Assembly (NCBI GenBank): GCA_002327255.1
Contig: DCUM01000069.1
Span: forward strand, 53,061 to 100,296
Reading direction: 5' to 3'
DNA: 47,236 bases
Origin: a bacterium UBA2214
GTDB taxonomy: Bacteria; Zhuqueibacterota; Zhuqueibacteria; Residuimicrobiales; Residuimicrobiaceae
In this document: positions 7,035-17,231 of the stretch, piece by piece
Numbering within the stretch: the stretch's first letter is position 1
Layout of the letters: each line of letters begins with the position of its first letter
The notes under the pieces: generated by a model
Databases searched by the model: none
What the model was told of the DNA's origin: nothing
The model's input: the letters and a program-made list of their open reading frames with translations, nothing else
Position numbers and translations under genes: made by a program

Positions 7035-9926
7035 ATGCACACCATTTACAAAAAAATAATCGCTGCTGTGGCCGTGCTGCTGGTTCTGTCCGGCGCGTTC
7101 GCCACGGCCCCTGCCGCCGCGGGCGGCAACTCCGGCGCCATCTGGACCACGCGAAATGACTGTGGCGCTGCAACACAGGATGCCAATCATTATGAGATTG
7201 GCGAAGCGGTTCACATCAACGGCCATCAATTCGATCCCGGCGAATATGACTGGGAGATCAAAGGCCTCCCCGGCAACGCCAGTTGTGATCCGGGCATCAT
7301 CGTCGCCAGCGGCACCATCACCATCACCGCGGAAGATGACGGCGCGTTCTGTTTCCATGCCTACACCGTGGCGGATGACGATTGCGGTGAGTATCAGGTC
7401 AAATTCGACAACAAAGGCGACAATTACCGCGTCAAAAGACAGCAAGAGGAAGAACCGCTGCGACCGGGGATCCACATCGAAAAAACCATCAATGATGAAG
7501 ATGCCGATGTCCCTGCCGGCCCCACGGTACTGGTCAACTCCACGGTGACGTTCAAATACATCATCACCAATAGCGGCGAGGTGGCGCTCGCGGAGATCAC
7601 TGTGGTCGACGATCAACCCGGCATCAACCCGGTCTATCAATCCGGCGACGCCAACAACAATACGCTGCTCGACACGGATGAGACCTGGATTTACACAGCC
7701 ACCGCTGCAGCCGTCGCAGGACCCTATAAAAATATCGGCACTGTCACCGCAAAGTATGAGGAGGACACGGTTCAAGACGATGATCCGGCGCATTATTATG
7801 GCATTTACGACACCGGCTGCGTCGATGGATTTCTTTATGAGAACGGCAGGCCGCTGGCCAATGCCATTGTCCATCTCCATACCGCAGGACAAAAATCCAT
7901 CAAGGAAATGACCGATTCCAATGGTTACTACCGTTTTGAGGGCGTCATTCGCCATTTCGAATACACCCTCACCGTGCCCGGGCAGCCAGACCTGACGCGT
8001 ACGGTTGTACTTGAGGACGGACTGGCATGCCAGACCCATGACCTCTATGGCGGCAGCTGCAAGCCGGTCTTTGCCATGTACCAGACCTGGTTTGGCGACG
8101 CTGACAGCGATTCCACGTTACGGTATTGGGATTTCGCCAATAAAGGCGGCATCGTCGACACCTCCGCCGTGGGTTTGTACGATTCCTACGACGAAGAGAT
8201 CATGGAGTACCACGTGCTCCTGGCCTGGGCTTCCGATATCGACGCCCTGGTGGTCGATTGGTACGGCAAGGAGTCTTTCGAAGACGGTCCGACTCATAAG
8301 CTGCTCAACACCGTCGAACGGCTCTATCAAAAATATCATCATCTCGGTTTCAATTTCAATATCATCGTCTCGTACAATGACAAAGCGCACGGCGATCTGG
8401 CCACGAACCTCAAATTTTTGGCCGATTCGATCCTGACCCACCCCGGCTATTACGGCGTTTTCGATGGCCGGCCGCGTCCGGTGTTCGTGCACAGCCACCA
8501 TCCGGAATTTTCAACGCAGTTCCTCGCCCTGGCAGCGCAGATCCTTCCGGAGGATGTCCAGATACTGTGGAATTTTGAAGAGAGCACGCTTAATCTGGCG
8601 CCCTACATCGATGGTTTTTACCCGCACGTCACCGACGCCGACGACATCTACGATCCGCAGGGCAAGGCGTGGGGGGAAGCGTATCTGAATGCGTTTTATG
8701 AGAATCCAGCCACCTCAATGCTACCCTATCAGGTGGGCGGCACCTGGCCAGGTTTCGATGACCGTCAGTGGGTGGAAGGCCGCAATATCTACATCGACCG
8801 GCAGGACACGCTGGTATTTGAAAAAACCTGGGAGAAGGCCTTCGAGCATCAGCCCAATTGGATGCTGATCCAGTCCTGGAATTCCTTCAATCAGACGTCC
8901 CATATCGAAACGTCCGAGAATGAGGGCTACAAGTTCGTCAAGATGTCGCGCAACAAGGCGGTGTTGTGGAAGTCCTCGTGTGCGCGCAATGTGAACGATC
9001 TGGGATTGACCGTGCCGCAGGCTCTGCTGCTCGCACGGCAACGCGGCGCGGATTCATCCGCAGTCGATCGGGCGCTGGTGGAATTTTTCCAGGGCCAGTA
9101 TGAGTTTGCCCTTTCGCTCCTGGATGCCGCCGGACCAATCCTGGACAGCGCGCAACCGGATCGAAACGACGGGCTGGTTTTTGTCGAAGGTTCATTGACC
9201 AGCCGCAAGGAGGGCTGGGACAATGCCGTCGATGGCAAAGCAGAAGGATGGGCAGCCACCACCACGGCGAAAAAATTCGAACACCCCGGCAGCACCTACG
9301 CCATCTTTCAATTTGCAGACCACGGCAAGTATCTCTTCAACACCGTTTTCCTGCAAACGGATAATGGCACGGATGATGATCTCTACAGCGACCGTCAGGC
9401 GGACGACGTCGAGGTACTGGTTTCCACGACGGGAACCGCGCCGGCCGATTTCGCAGCGGTGCTTCGTTTCAAACCCCGTGACGGCGGCATGAATCATTAT
9501 GCCCTCGGCCGTTATGTGGCAGCCAATTATGTGAAAATAATCCTGCACGGTCCCGAGTATGCCAGGGGACGCTGGGTGCAGATTGCGGAATTTGGCGTCG
9601 CCAGCAACGGCAATGCGCCCGCCCGGCCGGTATCAGAAAGCGCGGAACTGGCCATGGTGCCCATGGCGTTCAGTCTGGAACAGAATTATCCCAACCCCTT
9701 CAATCCGTCGACCACCATCCGCTATGCCTTGCCGGATGCAGGACGGGTTCTCCTGAAAGTCTATGATATGACAGGGCGCGAAGTGGCCACCCTCGTCGAT
9801 GGCACTCAGGAGCGCGGGGAATATTCGGTGGCCTGGAATGGCGCGGTGCTACCCTCAGGCATCTATTTCTACCATTTGCAAACCGGCACCCATAGCGCGG
9901 TGAAACGGATGGCACTGGTGAAATAA
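7035..9926 (+). CDS. Secreted modular protein: Ig-like/DUF11-type domains, carboxypeptidase-regulatory-like domain, GH99/GH71-like domain, discoidin (F5/8C)-like domain and C-terminal secretion sorting domain
   Basis: AAGGAG RBS and signal peptide. VTFKYIITNSGEVAL repeat-domain motif; YQTWF...GLYDSYD...IDALVVDWYG...PGFDDR GH99-like motifs; FSLEQNYPNPFNPSTTIRY...SGIYFY...KRMALVK tail. Confidence 0.8.
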   Translation: MHTIYKKIIAAVAVLLVLSGAFATAPAAAGGNSGAIWTTRNDCGAATQDANHYEIGEAVHINGHQFDPGEYDWEIKGLPGNASCDPGIIVASGTITITAEDDGAFCFHAYTVADDDCGEYQVKFDNKGDNYRVKRQQEEEPLRPGIHIEKTINDEDADVPAGPTVLVNSTVTFKYIITNSGEVALAEITVVDDQPGINPVYQSGDANNNTLLDTDETWIYTATAAAVAGPYKNIGTVTAKYEEDTVQDDDPAHYYGIYDTGCVDGFLYENGRPLANAIVHLHTAGQKSIKEMTDSNGYYRFEGVIRHFEYTLTVPGQPDLTRTVVLEDGLACQTHDLYGGSCKPVFAMYQTWFGDADSDSTLRYWDFANKGGIVDTSAVGLYDSYDEEIMEYHVLLAWASDIDALVVDWYGKESFEDGPTHKLLNTVERLYQKYHHLGFNFNIIVSYNDKAHGDLATNLKFLADSILTHPGYYGVFDGRPRPVFVHSHHPEFSTQFLALAAQILPEDVQILWNFEESTLNLAPYIDGFYPHVTDADDIYDPQGKAWGEAYLNAFYENPATSMLPYQVGGTWPGFDDRQWVEGRNIYIDRQDTLVFEKTWEKAFEHQPNWMLIQSWNSFNQTSHIETSENEGYKFVKMSRNKAVLWKSSCARNVNDLGLTVPQALLLARQRGADSSAVDRALVEFFQGQYEFALSLLDAAGPILDSAQPDRNDGLVFVEGSLTSRKEGWDNAVDGKAEGWAATTTAKKFEHPGSTYAIFQFADHGKYLFNTVFLQTDNGTDDDLYSDRQADDVEVLVSTTGTAPADFAAVLRFKPRDGGMNHYALGRYVAANYVKIILHGPEYARGRWVQIAEFGVASNGNAPARPVSESAELAMVPMAFSLEQNYPNPFNPSTTIRYALPDAGRVLLKVYDMTGREVATLVDGTQERGEYSVAWNGAVLPSGIYFYHLQTGTHSAVKRMALVK

Positions 9927-9965
9927 GGAAAACTTTCCGGCAGGTACTGGTGAAAATCCAACTAT

Positions 9966-10003
9966 AAAGAGGGCGCCCCATTCATCGGGCGCTCTTTTTT
10001 TTT
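9966..10003 (+). terminator. Rho-independent terminator
   Basis: GGGCGCCC/GGGCGCTC stem followed by a T9 tract, 40 nt after the 9926 stop. Confidence 0.8.
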
Positions 10004-10169
10004 CCCTAATGCAGCTGGCGATTTCAATCTTCCGTGCCATCCCTTCCGAAAATACTACGCATTTTGTTCCTTTGTACGTATTGTAGATTAAGTTGACTTT
10101 TGATGGTCGACTGGTTTGCCCAAATTGATGGTACAAACAGCTACAATCCTCCCAGAAAGGGACCGCCTG

Positions 10170-13100
10170 ATGATGCCCAAAAGACGATGCCTTTTTTTAT
10201 GGCTCACCGCTCTCTCTCTCGTATTTGTCGCGCAAGGCCTGGCCCAGCTGCCGGAACACAAACAACTCCTCTATACCAATCCGCTCCTCCAGGACGGAGA
10301 AGATGACTTTGCCACGATGACCAACCTCTACGGCCAGTACACCGGCACGGGCTGGCGCTCCCGCAATAACGCACGACTGGTTCTGCAGCTGAAAAACAGA
10401 CTGCCGGCGACCGGATCGATCGAATTTTCGATGACTCAGTTCGATCCCCGTAACCAGGCAAAATATGGCAAGCAGCCGGTATTTACCTTCACATCGAGAA
10501 CCTATTCCAGCCTGGCCATCTTCGACGAGGGGGAAGCCACCTGTTTCATGTATCTGCGCACCGGCACCAACTATTTCGAAGGAAGCGATCGCTGCGGCAT
10601 GGAATTCGATACCGGTTACGAAGGATTGACCACCCGGGATAAGGAGCGCGCGGTTCTCATGGATAAAAAGTGGCATCCTGACAGCACCTATCGCTTCACT
10701 TTTAGGTGGGACCATGATCACATCTGGCTCCTGCTCAATGGCCGCATCATCAAACAGCAGCTTTTCAAGACGCCGATTGAACGTATTCGCCTTATCAGTG
10801 TGGGCGGCGATGAACTATACGCGACACTGCCGGGGCCGGTCTATTCCGATCTCCGCGTCTACACGGCGGAAACCGGGGTCTCCTTCAGCGACTGTTCTCT
10901 GCAAAAAACGCTCGCCGGCATTACAACCAAATGGGGCGGCCACGGTTTGGCCGTCGCCGATGTCAATCTGGACGGCAGAGACGATATCCTGGTCACCGCT
11001 TACCGCCGTGGAGAGTGCCTGCGCGATGCGCTCTATATCCAGCAGCCCGACGGCGGCTTTCTCGAACAGAGCGCTGCGGCGGGCCTGCCGGGCGAATGTG
11101 GCAGCTTCGCCGCGCTCTTTTTCGACCTCGACAATGATGGCGACCCGGACCTCCTCACCACCTCGCCGGGGCAACGCAACCGGCTCTATGTGAATGATGG
11201 CAGCGGACGCTTCGAGGAACAGGGCGTGCAACGCGGTCTTTTGAGTACGGCCTCCCAATCCGGCGGCGCCGCAGCCATCGATGTCAACCGCGACGGCGCG
11301 CTCGACCTCTTCATCGCCAATATCAACGGCGCCAACGATCTCTACCTCAATGACGGCACAGGCGTTTTTACCCGCACCGCAGGACGTGCCGACGGCCAGG
11401 GTGGCAACGCCGGTCTGCGCTTTCCCTCCGTGGTAGCCGTCGCCGATGTGGACGGGGATGGCCATGACGACCTCTATATCACCAGGCGTGAAGGCGCCAA
11501 CGAACTCTTTCTCGGTGATGGCAACGGCGGTTTCACAGAGGGTGCCGCTGCGCGCGGCCTCGCCCTCAATGATACCACCCAGCACAGCGCCACTTTTGCA
11601 GATTATGACAATGACGGCGACATGGATCTCCTCTGCGCGACCGGCTTTACAACCTACAATAATACCCCGCTCCTGCTGCGCATTTTTGCCAATGATGGCA
11701 ACGGTCACTTTACCGAAGTCAGCGCTGCAGTGAATATTCCCATGCATGGTTACAGCGTCCAGGTCGTGGATGCCAACAACGACGGCTATCCGGATATCTA
11801 CACCGCGGAGAACAGCGAATTCGACAAGGTGCTGCGCAACCGCCTATGGACCTGGTACCGGAGTACCTATAACAAGCTTTTCCTCGGTTCAGCAGAGGGT
11901 TCCTTCCGGGAGGTCAGCGCCTCGGGTGCGGATATCAGTGCATTCGGCGGCCGGGCCGCGCTGTGGCACGATTTCGATCAGGACGGCGATCTTGATCTCA
12001 TGTTGAGCGCCAACAGGTTCGAGAATGTCTATCTGGAAAATGCCGTCCCTGCCAACGGCGCCCACTGGGCACAAATCAGCGTCAACGGGCCCGGCGGAGA
12101 TTACGGCGGCATCGGCACAAAAATGTACGTTTACACCCCGGGACACCTTGGCGAGCCCGGGTATCTGCTCGGCCATCGTCAGGTTGTCAGCCAGAGCGGC
12201 TATGCCACCGGCCTTCCCTTGCGCCAGCATTTTGGTCTCGGGGGACATGGCGCATTCGATGTGCGACTGATCCGCAGCGACGGTTCGATCATCGACAAAC
12301 GCAATCTCGCTGCCAATCAGCACCATCTCATCGTCCCTTCCGCCTCCCGGCTGGAAATGGTCTCCGGGGATGGGCAAACGGGTGTGACCGGAGAGCGGCT
12401 CATGCTGCCACTGGTGGTGCGTCTGATTGACGGCAACGACCTCCCCCTGTCCGAAGTGGCCGTCGAGTGGCGCATCCTCGCCGGAAGCGGCCGTTTCGAG
12501 GGAGAGACGCTCACTTCCACGAATCTCTCCGGACAAGCGATGCAATGGTTCATCTGTGGTGAAACGGCCGACAGCGCCATCGTCGAGGCCCATGTGACTG
12601 CGGCCGACAACTCTCCGATCCGCTTCCTCATCATTTCGGAACGCCCGCCGGTCTCCCTCTCCCTGGCAGGCGGTGAAGGGCAATCCGGCATCGTCGGCCA
12701 GTTGCTCAGCGAACTCCTTGTGGTGCGCGCCACCTATCCCTCCGGCAAAAGTGCCGCGCATATTCCGGTCACTTTTCGCATCCTGACCGGGAACGGCCAT
12801 CTCAACGGCAGCAGCGAAGTGATGGTAGCGACCGACTCGGCTGGATTGGCCGGGGTGCAGTGGACCCTCGGCGTCCAGGCCGGCGGACAAATCCTGCGCG
12901 CCGAGTGCAGCGATGCATCCATTGAATTGACCGTCACGGCCGTTGCCGACGTGCCATACCAGCTGCTCTCCAGCGGAGGCGAAACCAGCGGCCATCAACC
13001 GGGCAGGGAATTTGCCGAACCGTTTGTCGCGGTGTTGTTCGATCGCCATGGCAATCCGGTCCCCGGCTATCCGGTCGTCTTCTCAGTCCGCGGCGGCGGT

Positions 13101-15332
13101 CATCTGCGCGGTGAGGTCTCGCGAACCATCGACAGCGACACCACCGGCCGCGCGCAGGTCTTCTGGACCCCCGGCGTTTATCTGGGTCCGGAACAGGCAT
13201 TGACCGCGGTGGCGACGCCCCCGGGGGCGTCTGCGCTGCAGCTGCAGTGGCAGGTGGCGGCTATTGCGGTGGATGCGCAGCGTTCCACGATCACCGCCAC
13301 AACGCCCATAGCGGCGGATGGCATGAGCACCTCGAACATTGAAGTCAGCCTGCGCGACGGATTCGGCGCCGCCATCGGCGCGGGATTGACCGTTCATGTT
13401 CAGGTCAGCGGCAGCGGCAACCTTCTCGCCACCGCCGACACCCTCACGGATGCTTCCGGCCGGGTCTATTATACGCTGGCCAGCACCATGCCCGAGCATA
13501 AAATCCTGCGCGCCTGGATAGCCGGATTGAATCTGTTTCTGAGCGGCTATGCCGTTGTCGAGGCGGAGAGTGAGCCCGATCTCGAGCGCAGCACGCTCGC
13601 CGTGACCACACCCGTGTGGGCCGATGGTGTCTCCCGTGCCGAGATCACGGTGCAGGTAATGGACCGGAACGGCCTGGGCGTACCCGGAATCGATATTGAA
13701 CTGACCGCAAGCGGCAGCCATAATACGCTGATCCAGCCAGCGCTGACCGATGCGCAGGGTGTGGCGCGGGGTTACTTGATTTCTACCATGGCTGAAGAAA
13801 AAAATATCTCGGCGTATCTGCTGCCGGGTCGCCTCCCATTCGCCGCCGAAGCCCAGGCGCTTTTCCTGGACCTGCAGACCACCTTTGAAGGGGTCTCCGG
13901 AGATCGGCAGGAAACAGTGGTTGGCCGTCTTTGCGCCGAGCCGGTGGTGGTGCGTTTGCGCAGCGGCGCCTGGCCCGTGGCGGGGCGGGTGGTGCTGTTT
14001 CAGATCACGTCCGGTGCCGGTAGTTTCGCCGGGAGTTCGACCTGGCAGGCGGTAACCGACAGCGCAGGCATGGCGTCGGCATGGCCCTTAATGGGCACGA
14101 CGGCCGGCGAGGTGGTCATCAGCGCTTCGGCCGACGGCGCGGCGCCGGTTTTTTTCCGCGTGTATGCCCGCGCGGATGCGGCCGGGCAGCTCATCGTGCT
14201 AACGGGTGACAACCAGAGCGCGCCGGTCGGCCAGTCTGTCGCTGAAAGGCTGCAAGTGAAGGCAGTGGACGGGTACGGGAATGCCGTCAGCGGCGCTGCC
14301 GTCTATTTCAGCGCCCCGGACGGCGGGAATATCCTCAGCGAAAATCCCGTCCTGACCGATACGCTGGGCATGGCGGAATGCGCCGTGGCCGTGGGGCCCG
14401 TTGAAAAAACGTATCATTTTCGCGCCGCATTGGCCAGCGGCGCCGCTTTCGAGTTCACGGTGACCGGATATCGCGTCAATCATGCGCCGGCCGTGCTCGC
14501 TTATCTGCCGGAGACGTTGCGTCTCAACGCCTTTCACGGCGAGATTGTCACGTTCGCAATCAACCACGTCGTCGATAGTGAGGGTGACAGCATCCAATTC
14601 GTCTGGCTGATGGACGGAGTGCCGTTATCCACTCAGAGCCAATTCAGGATTTTTGCCAATCCGACCCTGCCGTCCTTTTTCACGGTGCTCTGCCTGATCC
14701 ACGACCGCGTCGACACCTCCCGGCTGCAATGGGAGATCAACCTCGAAGCCGTGCCGCTGGCGGTGGAGGTGGTTCATTTCATGTCGCGGCAAACAGCCGG
14801 CACAGGCGTATGGTTGAGCTGGCGGATCACCGCAGCGGAACCCATTCGCCATTTTTATGTACTGCGCAGCGATCATGAACATACACCCTTCCTGCGCCTG
14901 CACACCCAGCCGCTCGTCCTCCGGGAGGAGCGTGTGGAATTCGTCGATGAGCAGCCGCCCCCGGGCGGGGTGTTCTTCTATCAACTGGAATGGATCGGTA
15001 CGGATGGCCGCAGCAGCTTCAGCACTGCTTTTCCCGTGACGCGGGCGGTGCCGCTGGAAATCACCTTGCTGCAAAACCATCCCAATCCCTTCAATCCCGG
15101 CACCACCATCGGCTACACGCTGGATCGGGCCGTGGAAGTGGAGATCACCATCGCCGACCTGGCGGGTCGAATCATTCGCCGGCTCGTTGCGGGCAAAAGA
15201 GACGCCGGCTATCATCATCTTTTTTGGGATGGCAAAAACGATCAGCAGCAGATGGTCTCTTCCGGCGTCTATCTCTGCCGTCTCACGGCCGCAGGCGCTG
15301 TATGGACCCGCAAGATGGTGTTCGTCAAATGA
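10170..15332 (+). CDS. Large secreted adhesin-like protein: FG-GAP/VCBS repeats, ASPIC/UnbV-like domain, multiple Big_1 (invasin/intimin) Ig-like domains and a FlgD-Ig-type C-terminal sorting domain
   Basis: Repeated D-x-[DN]-x-DG-x-x-D motifs, QHFGLG, repeated SGDGQ-x-G...L-x-x-PLVV Big_1 starts and an LLQNHPNPFNP...WDGKND...SSGVY tail. Start placed at ATG 10170, after AAAGGGA and before a signal peptide. Confidence 0.82.
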   Translation: MMPKRRCLFLWLTALSLVFVAQGLAQLPEHKQLLYTNPLLQDGEDDFATMTNLYGQYTGTGWRSRNNARLVLQLKNRLPATGSIEFSMTQFDPRNQAKYGKQPVFTFTSRTYSSLAIFDEGEATCFMYLRTGTNYFEGSDRCGMEFDTGYEGLTTRDKERAVLMDKKWHPDSTYRFTFRWDHDHIWLLLNGRIIKQQLFKTPIERIRLISVGGDELYATLPGPVYSDLRVYTAETGVSFSDCSLQKTLAGITTKWGGHGLAVADVNLDGRDDILVTAYRRGECLRDALYIQQPDGGFLEQSAAAGLPGECGSFAALFFDLDNDGDPDLLTTSPGQRNRLYVNDGSGRFEEQGVQRGLLSTASQSGGAAAIDVNRDGALDLFIANINGANDLYLNDGTGVFTRTAGRADGQGGNAGLRFPSVVAVADVDGDGHDDLYITRREGANELFLGDGNGGFTEGAAARGLALNDTTQHSATFADYDNDGDMDLLCATGFTTYNNTPLLLRIFANDGNGHFTEVSAAVNIPMHGYSVQVVDANNDGYPDIYTAENSEFDKVLRNRLWTWYRSTYNKLFLGSAEGSFREVSASGADISAFGGRAALWHDFDQDGDLDLMLSANRFENVYLENAVPANGAHWAQISVNGPGGDYGGIGTKMYVYTPGHLGEPGYLLGHRQVVSQSGYATGLPLRQHFGLGGHGAFDVRLIRSDGSIIDKRNLAANQHHLIVPSASRLEMVSGDGQTGVTGERLMLPLVVRLIDGNDLPLSEVAVEWRILAGSGRFEGETLTSTNLSGQAMQWFICGETADSAIVEAHVTAADNSPIRFLIISERPPVSLSLAGGEGQSGIVGQLLSELLVVRATYPSGKSAAHIPVTFRILTGNGHLNGSSEVMVATDSAGLAGVQWTLGVQAGGQILRAECSDASIELTVTAVADVPYQLLSSGGETSGHQPGREFAEPFVAVLFDRHGNPVPGYPVVFSVRGGGHLRGEVSRTIDSDTTGRAQVFWTPGVYLGPEQALTAVATPPGASALQLQWQVAAIAVDAQRSTITATTPIAADGMSTSNIEVSLRDGFGAAIGAGLTVHVQVSGSGNLLATADTLTDASGRVYYTLASTMPEHKILRAWIAGLNLFLSGYAVVEAESEPDLERSTLAVTTPVWADGVSRAEITVQVMDRNGLGVPGIDIELTASGSHNTLIQPALTDAQGVARGYLISTMAEEKNISAYLLPGRLPFAAEAQALFLDLQTTFEGVSGDRQETVVGRLCAEPVVVRLRSGAWPVAGRVVLFQITSGAGSFAGSSTWQAVTDSAGMASAWPLMGTTAGEVVISASADGAAPVFFRVYARADAAGQLIVLTGDNQSAPVGQSVAERLQVKAVDGYGNAVSGAAVYFSAPDGGNILSENPVLTDTLGMAECAVAVGPVEKTYHFRAALASGAAFEFTVTGYRVNHAPAVLAYLPETLRLNAFHGEIVTFAINHVVDSEGDSIQFVWLMDGVPLSTQSQFRIFANPTLPSFFTVLCLIHDRVDTSRLQWEINLEAVPLAVEVVHFMSRQTAGTGVWLSWRITAAEPIRHFYVLRSDHEHTPFLRLHTQPLVLREERVEFVDEQPPPGGVFFYQLEWIGTDGRSSFSTAFPVTRAVPLEITLLQNHPNPFNPGTTIGYTLDRAVEVEITIADLAGRIIRRLVAGKRDAGYHHLFWDGKNDQQQMVSSGVYLCRLTAAGAVWTRKMVFVK

Positions 15333-15491
15333 CGTCCTCCGCACTCGCCATGCAAACGCTGCCTTTTAACGATAAAACGCTTGCTCTGTGGCAGGGTATG
15401 CTTCATTCATGTACCCTCATGGCACCCTGGCCGTCTCACGCAACCCCGTCAACCGGCTTGCATAAGGCGGTCAGGATTGCTATATTGATAC

Positions 15492-16934
15492 ATGCCTGAT
15501 ACTTTGAACAGCCACACCCCTGCTGCAGAGCTCTCCGCGTATGTGGAGGCGCTGCTCGGTGCACAAGCCGGGGCCTTCATGGCCTCCGGCCTGGAGCCTC
15601 CCGCCATCCGCCTCAATACGCTCAAAATCTCGCGCGATGCTTGCCTGGAAAAACTGCACGCCTGGCGGATCTCCTGCGTGCCGCATCCGCTCAATCCCGA
15701 TGGCTGGATCCTCGAAGAGGACCGTCTGCCGCTCAGTCATACGCTGGCCTTTTTCCGCGGCGAATTTTTCTACCAGGGCGTCTCTTCACAGCTGCCGGTC
15801 ATCGCGCTGGCGCCGCGGCCGGGCGAGACGGTGCTGGATATGTGCGCCGCGCCGGGGAGCAAATCGAATCAGATCGCTGCGGCCATGGCCAACAGCGGGC
15901 GCCTGTGGGTCAACGATGCTTCGACACGGCGTCTGCAGGCCCTGATGGCCAACCTCACCGCCGCGGGGGTTCGCAATGAGGTTGTCACGGCGCTGCCGGG
16001 GCAGTTGTTCGGCCGGTTGCTCCCCGAGTATTTCGACCGCGTGCTGGTGGATGCGCCCTGCTCGGCCCTGGGAAACTGGCCCAAACGCATCCACAAAGCC
16101 CACTGGTCCAGAGCCTATCTGAAAAAAATCAGCTACCTTCAAGAGCAGCTGCTCATTTCCGCCATCAAAACGGTCAAAACCGGCGGTATCATCGTCTATT
16201 CCACCTGTTCGATCTGTCCCGAGGAAGATGAGGCGGTCATCGCGCGGATTCTCGCGCGCTATCCGGTTGAACTGGAGCCGTTGCCGTTTGCCGATGCCCC
16301 CTTCCTGCGGCCCGGTTTCCCTGCCTACGAACAACAAGCATTCCCCGCGGCGCTGCAACGCGCCGGACGCGTTTTCCCCTTCCCCCTGCCGTACGAAGGA
16401 TTTTTTGTGGCGCGGCTGCGCAAAACCGCTGCGCTGCCCATCCGGCCCGTGAACGAGCCCCTCTCTTTCAGTCCCACGCTAACGGCCGGTGACCCGGAAA
16501 TGATGCCAATTTTTGAAAATTTACGGGCGCACTGGGGCATCGAGCCCGCGATTTTCCAGGATTCGAGATTCCTCGTCAACAAACACCGACTCTGGATGAT
16601 GGACCGCGCCTGGCTGGAGACGCCGGATCGCGGTTTCATGATGGCGGGATTGCCGCTGGCGCAGCGCAAGAGCCATGCCTGGCGGCTGCTGAATGCCAGC
16701 GTGCAGGTGCTGGGGGCTGAGGTGCGCAAACGCCATCTGCAGTTGGAGGAAGAAATTTTGCTGCAGTTATTCGCGCAGGGAGAGATCGCAGCCCCGCAAG
16801 GGCCCCTGGCTTACCACGCCCTGATGGTGGGCGAACGCCCCATCGCCATCCTGTCGCAGGCGGATGGCCGTTACAAGATTCATCTGCCGCATCATTTTCA
16901 CATCGATCCCGAAACGCTGACAGCGGAGCGTTGA
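15492..16934 (+). CDS. RsmB/NOP family RNA m5C methyltransferase (RsmF/YebU-like)
   Basis: VLDMCAAPGSK, FDRVLVDAPCS, IVYSTCS and EGFFVARLRK motifs with an RsmF-like C-terminal extension. Confidence 0.88.
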   Translation: MPDTLNSHTPAAELSAYVEALLGAQAGAFMASGLEPPAIRLNTLKISRDACLEKLHAWRISCVPHPLNPDGWILEEDRLPLSHTLAFFRGEFFYQGVSSQLPVIALAPRPGETVLDMCAAPGSKSNQIAAAMANSGRLWVNDASTRRLQALMANLTAAGVRNEVVTALPGQLFGRLLPEYFDRVLVDAPCSALGNWPKRIHKAHWSRAYLKKISYLQEQLLISAIKTVKTGGIIVYSTCSICPEEDEAVIARILARYPVELEPLPFADAPFLRPGFPAYEQQAFPAALQRAGRVFPFPLPYEGFFVARLRKTAALPIRPVNEPLSFSPTLTAGDPEMMPIFENLRAHWGIEPAIFQDSRFLVNKHRLWMMDRAWLETPDRGFMMAGLPLAQRKSHAWRLLNASVQVLGAEVRKRHLQLEEEILLQLFAQGEIAAPQGPLAYHALMVGERPIAILSQADGRYKIHLPHHFHIDPETLTAER

Positions 16935-16976
16935 TGCGCAGATTTCGAGCGCCTTGTTTTCCATCTCCGGGAATAC

Positions 16977-17005
16977 TTGCATTTCTTTGCGTAAATCATT
17001 ACTTT
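16977..17005 (+). promoter_or_regulatory. Putative sigma70 promoter for nadA
   Basis: TTGCAT-17 nt-TACTTT. Confidence 0.5.
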
Positions 17006-17231
17006 ATTAGAAGATCGTCACCCGAACCCGATGCGCGTACACCGACCGGGCATCACCACAACCCGGGAACCATCCAGCTGGCGATGCAAAAATCCGGCGC
17101 GGAATCGCCGCACGCAGCGGCGGCAGCTGCGAAAGACCGCCTCACCATCGGATCACGCCGCTTTGCCAATTGGGCGGCGTCCGTGTGCGCACTTTTTCAC
17201 CGCTTCATTTCGAATCGAGAAGGAAACCAAA

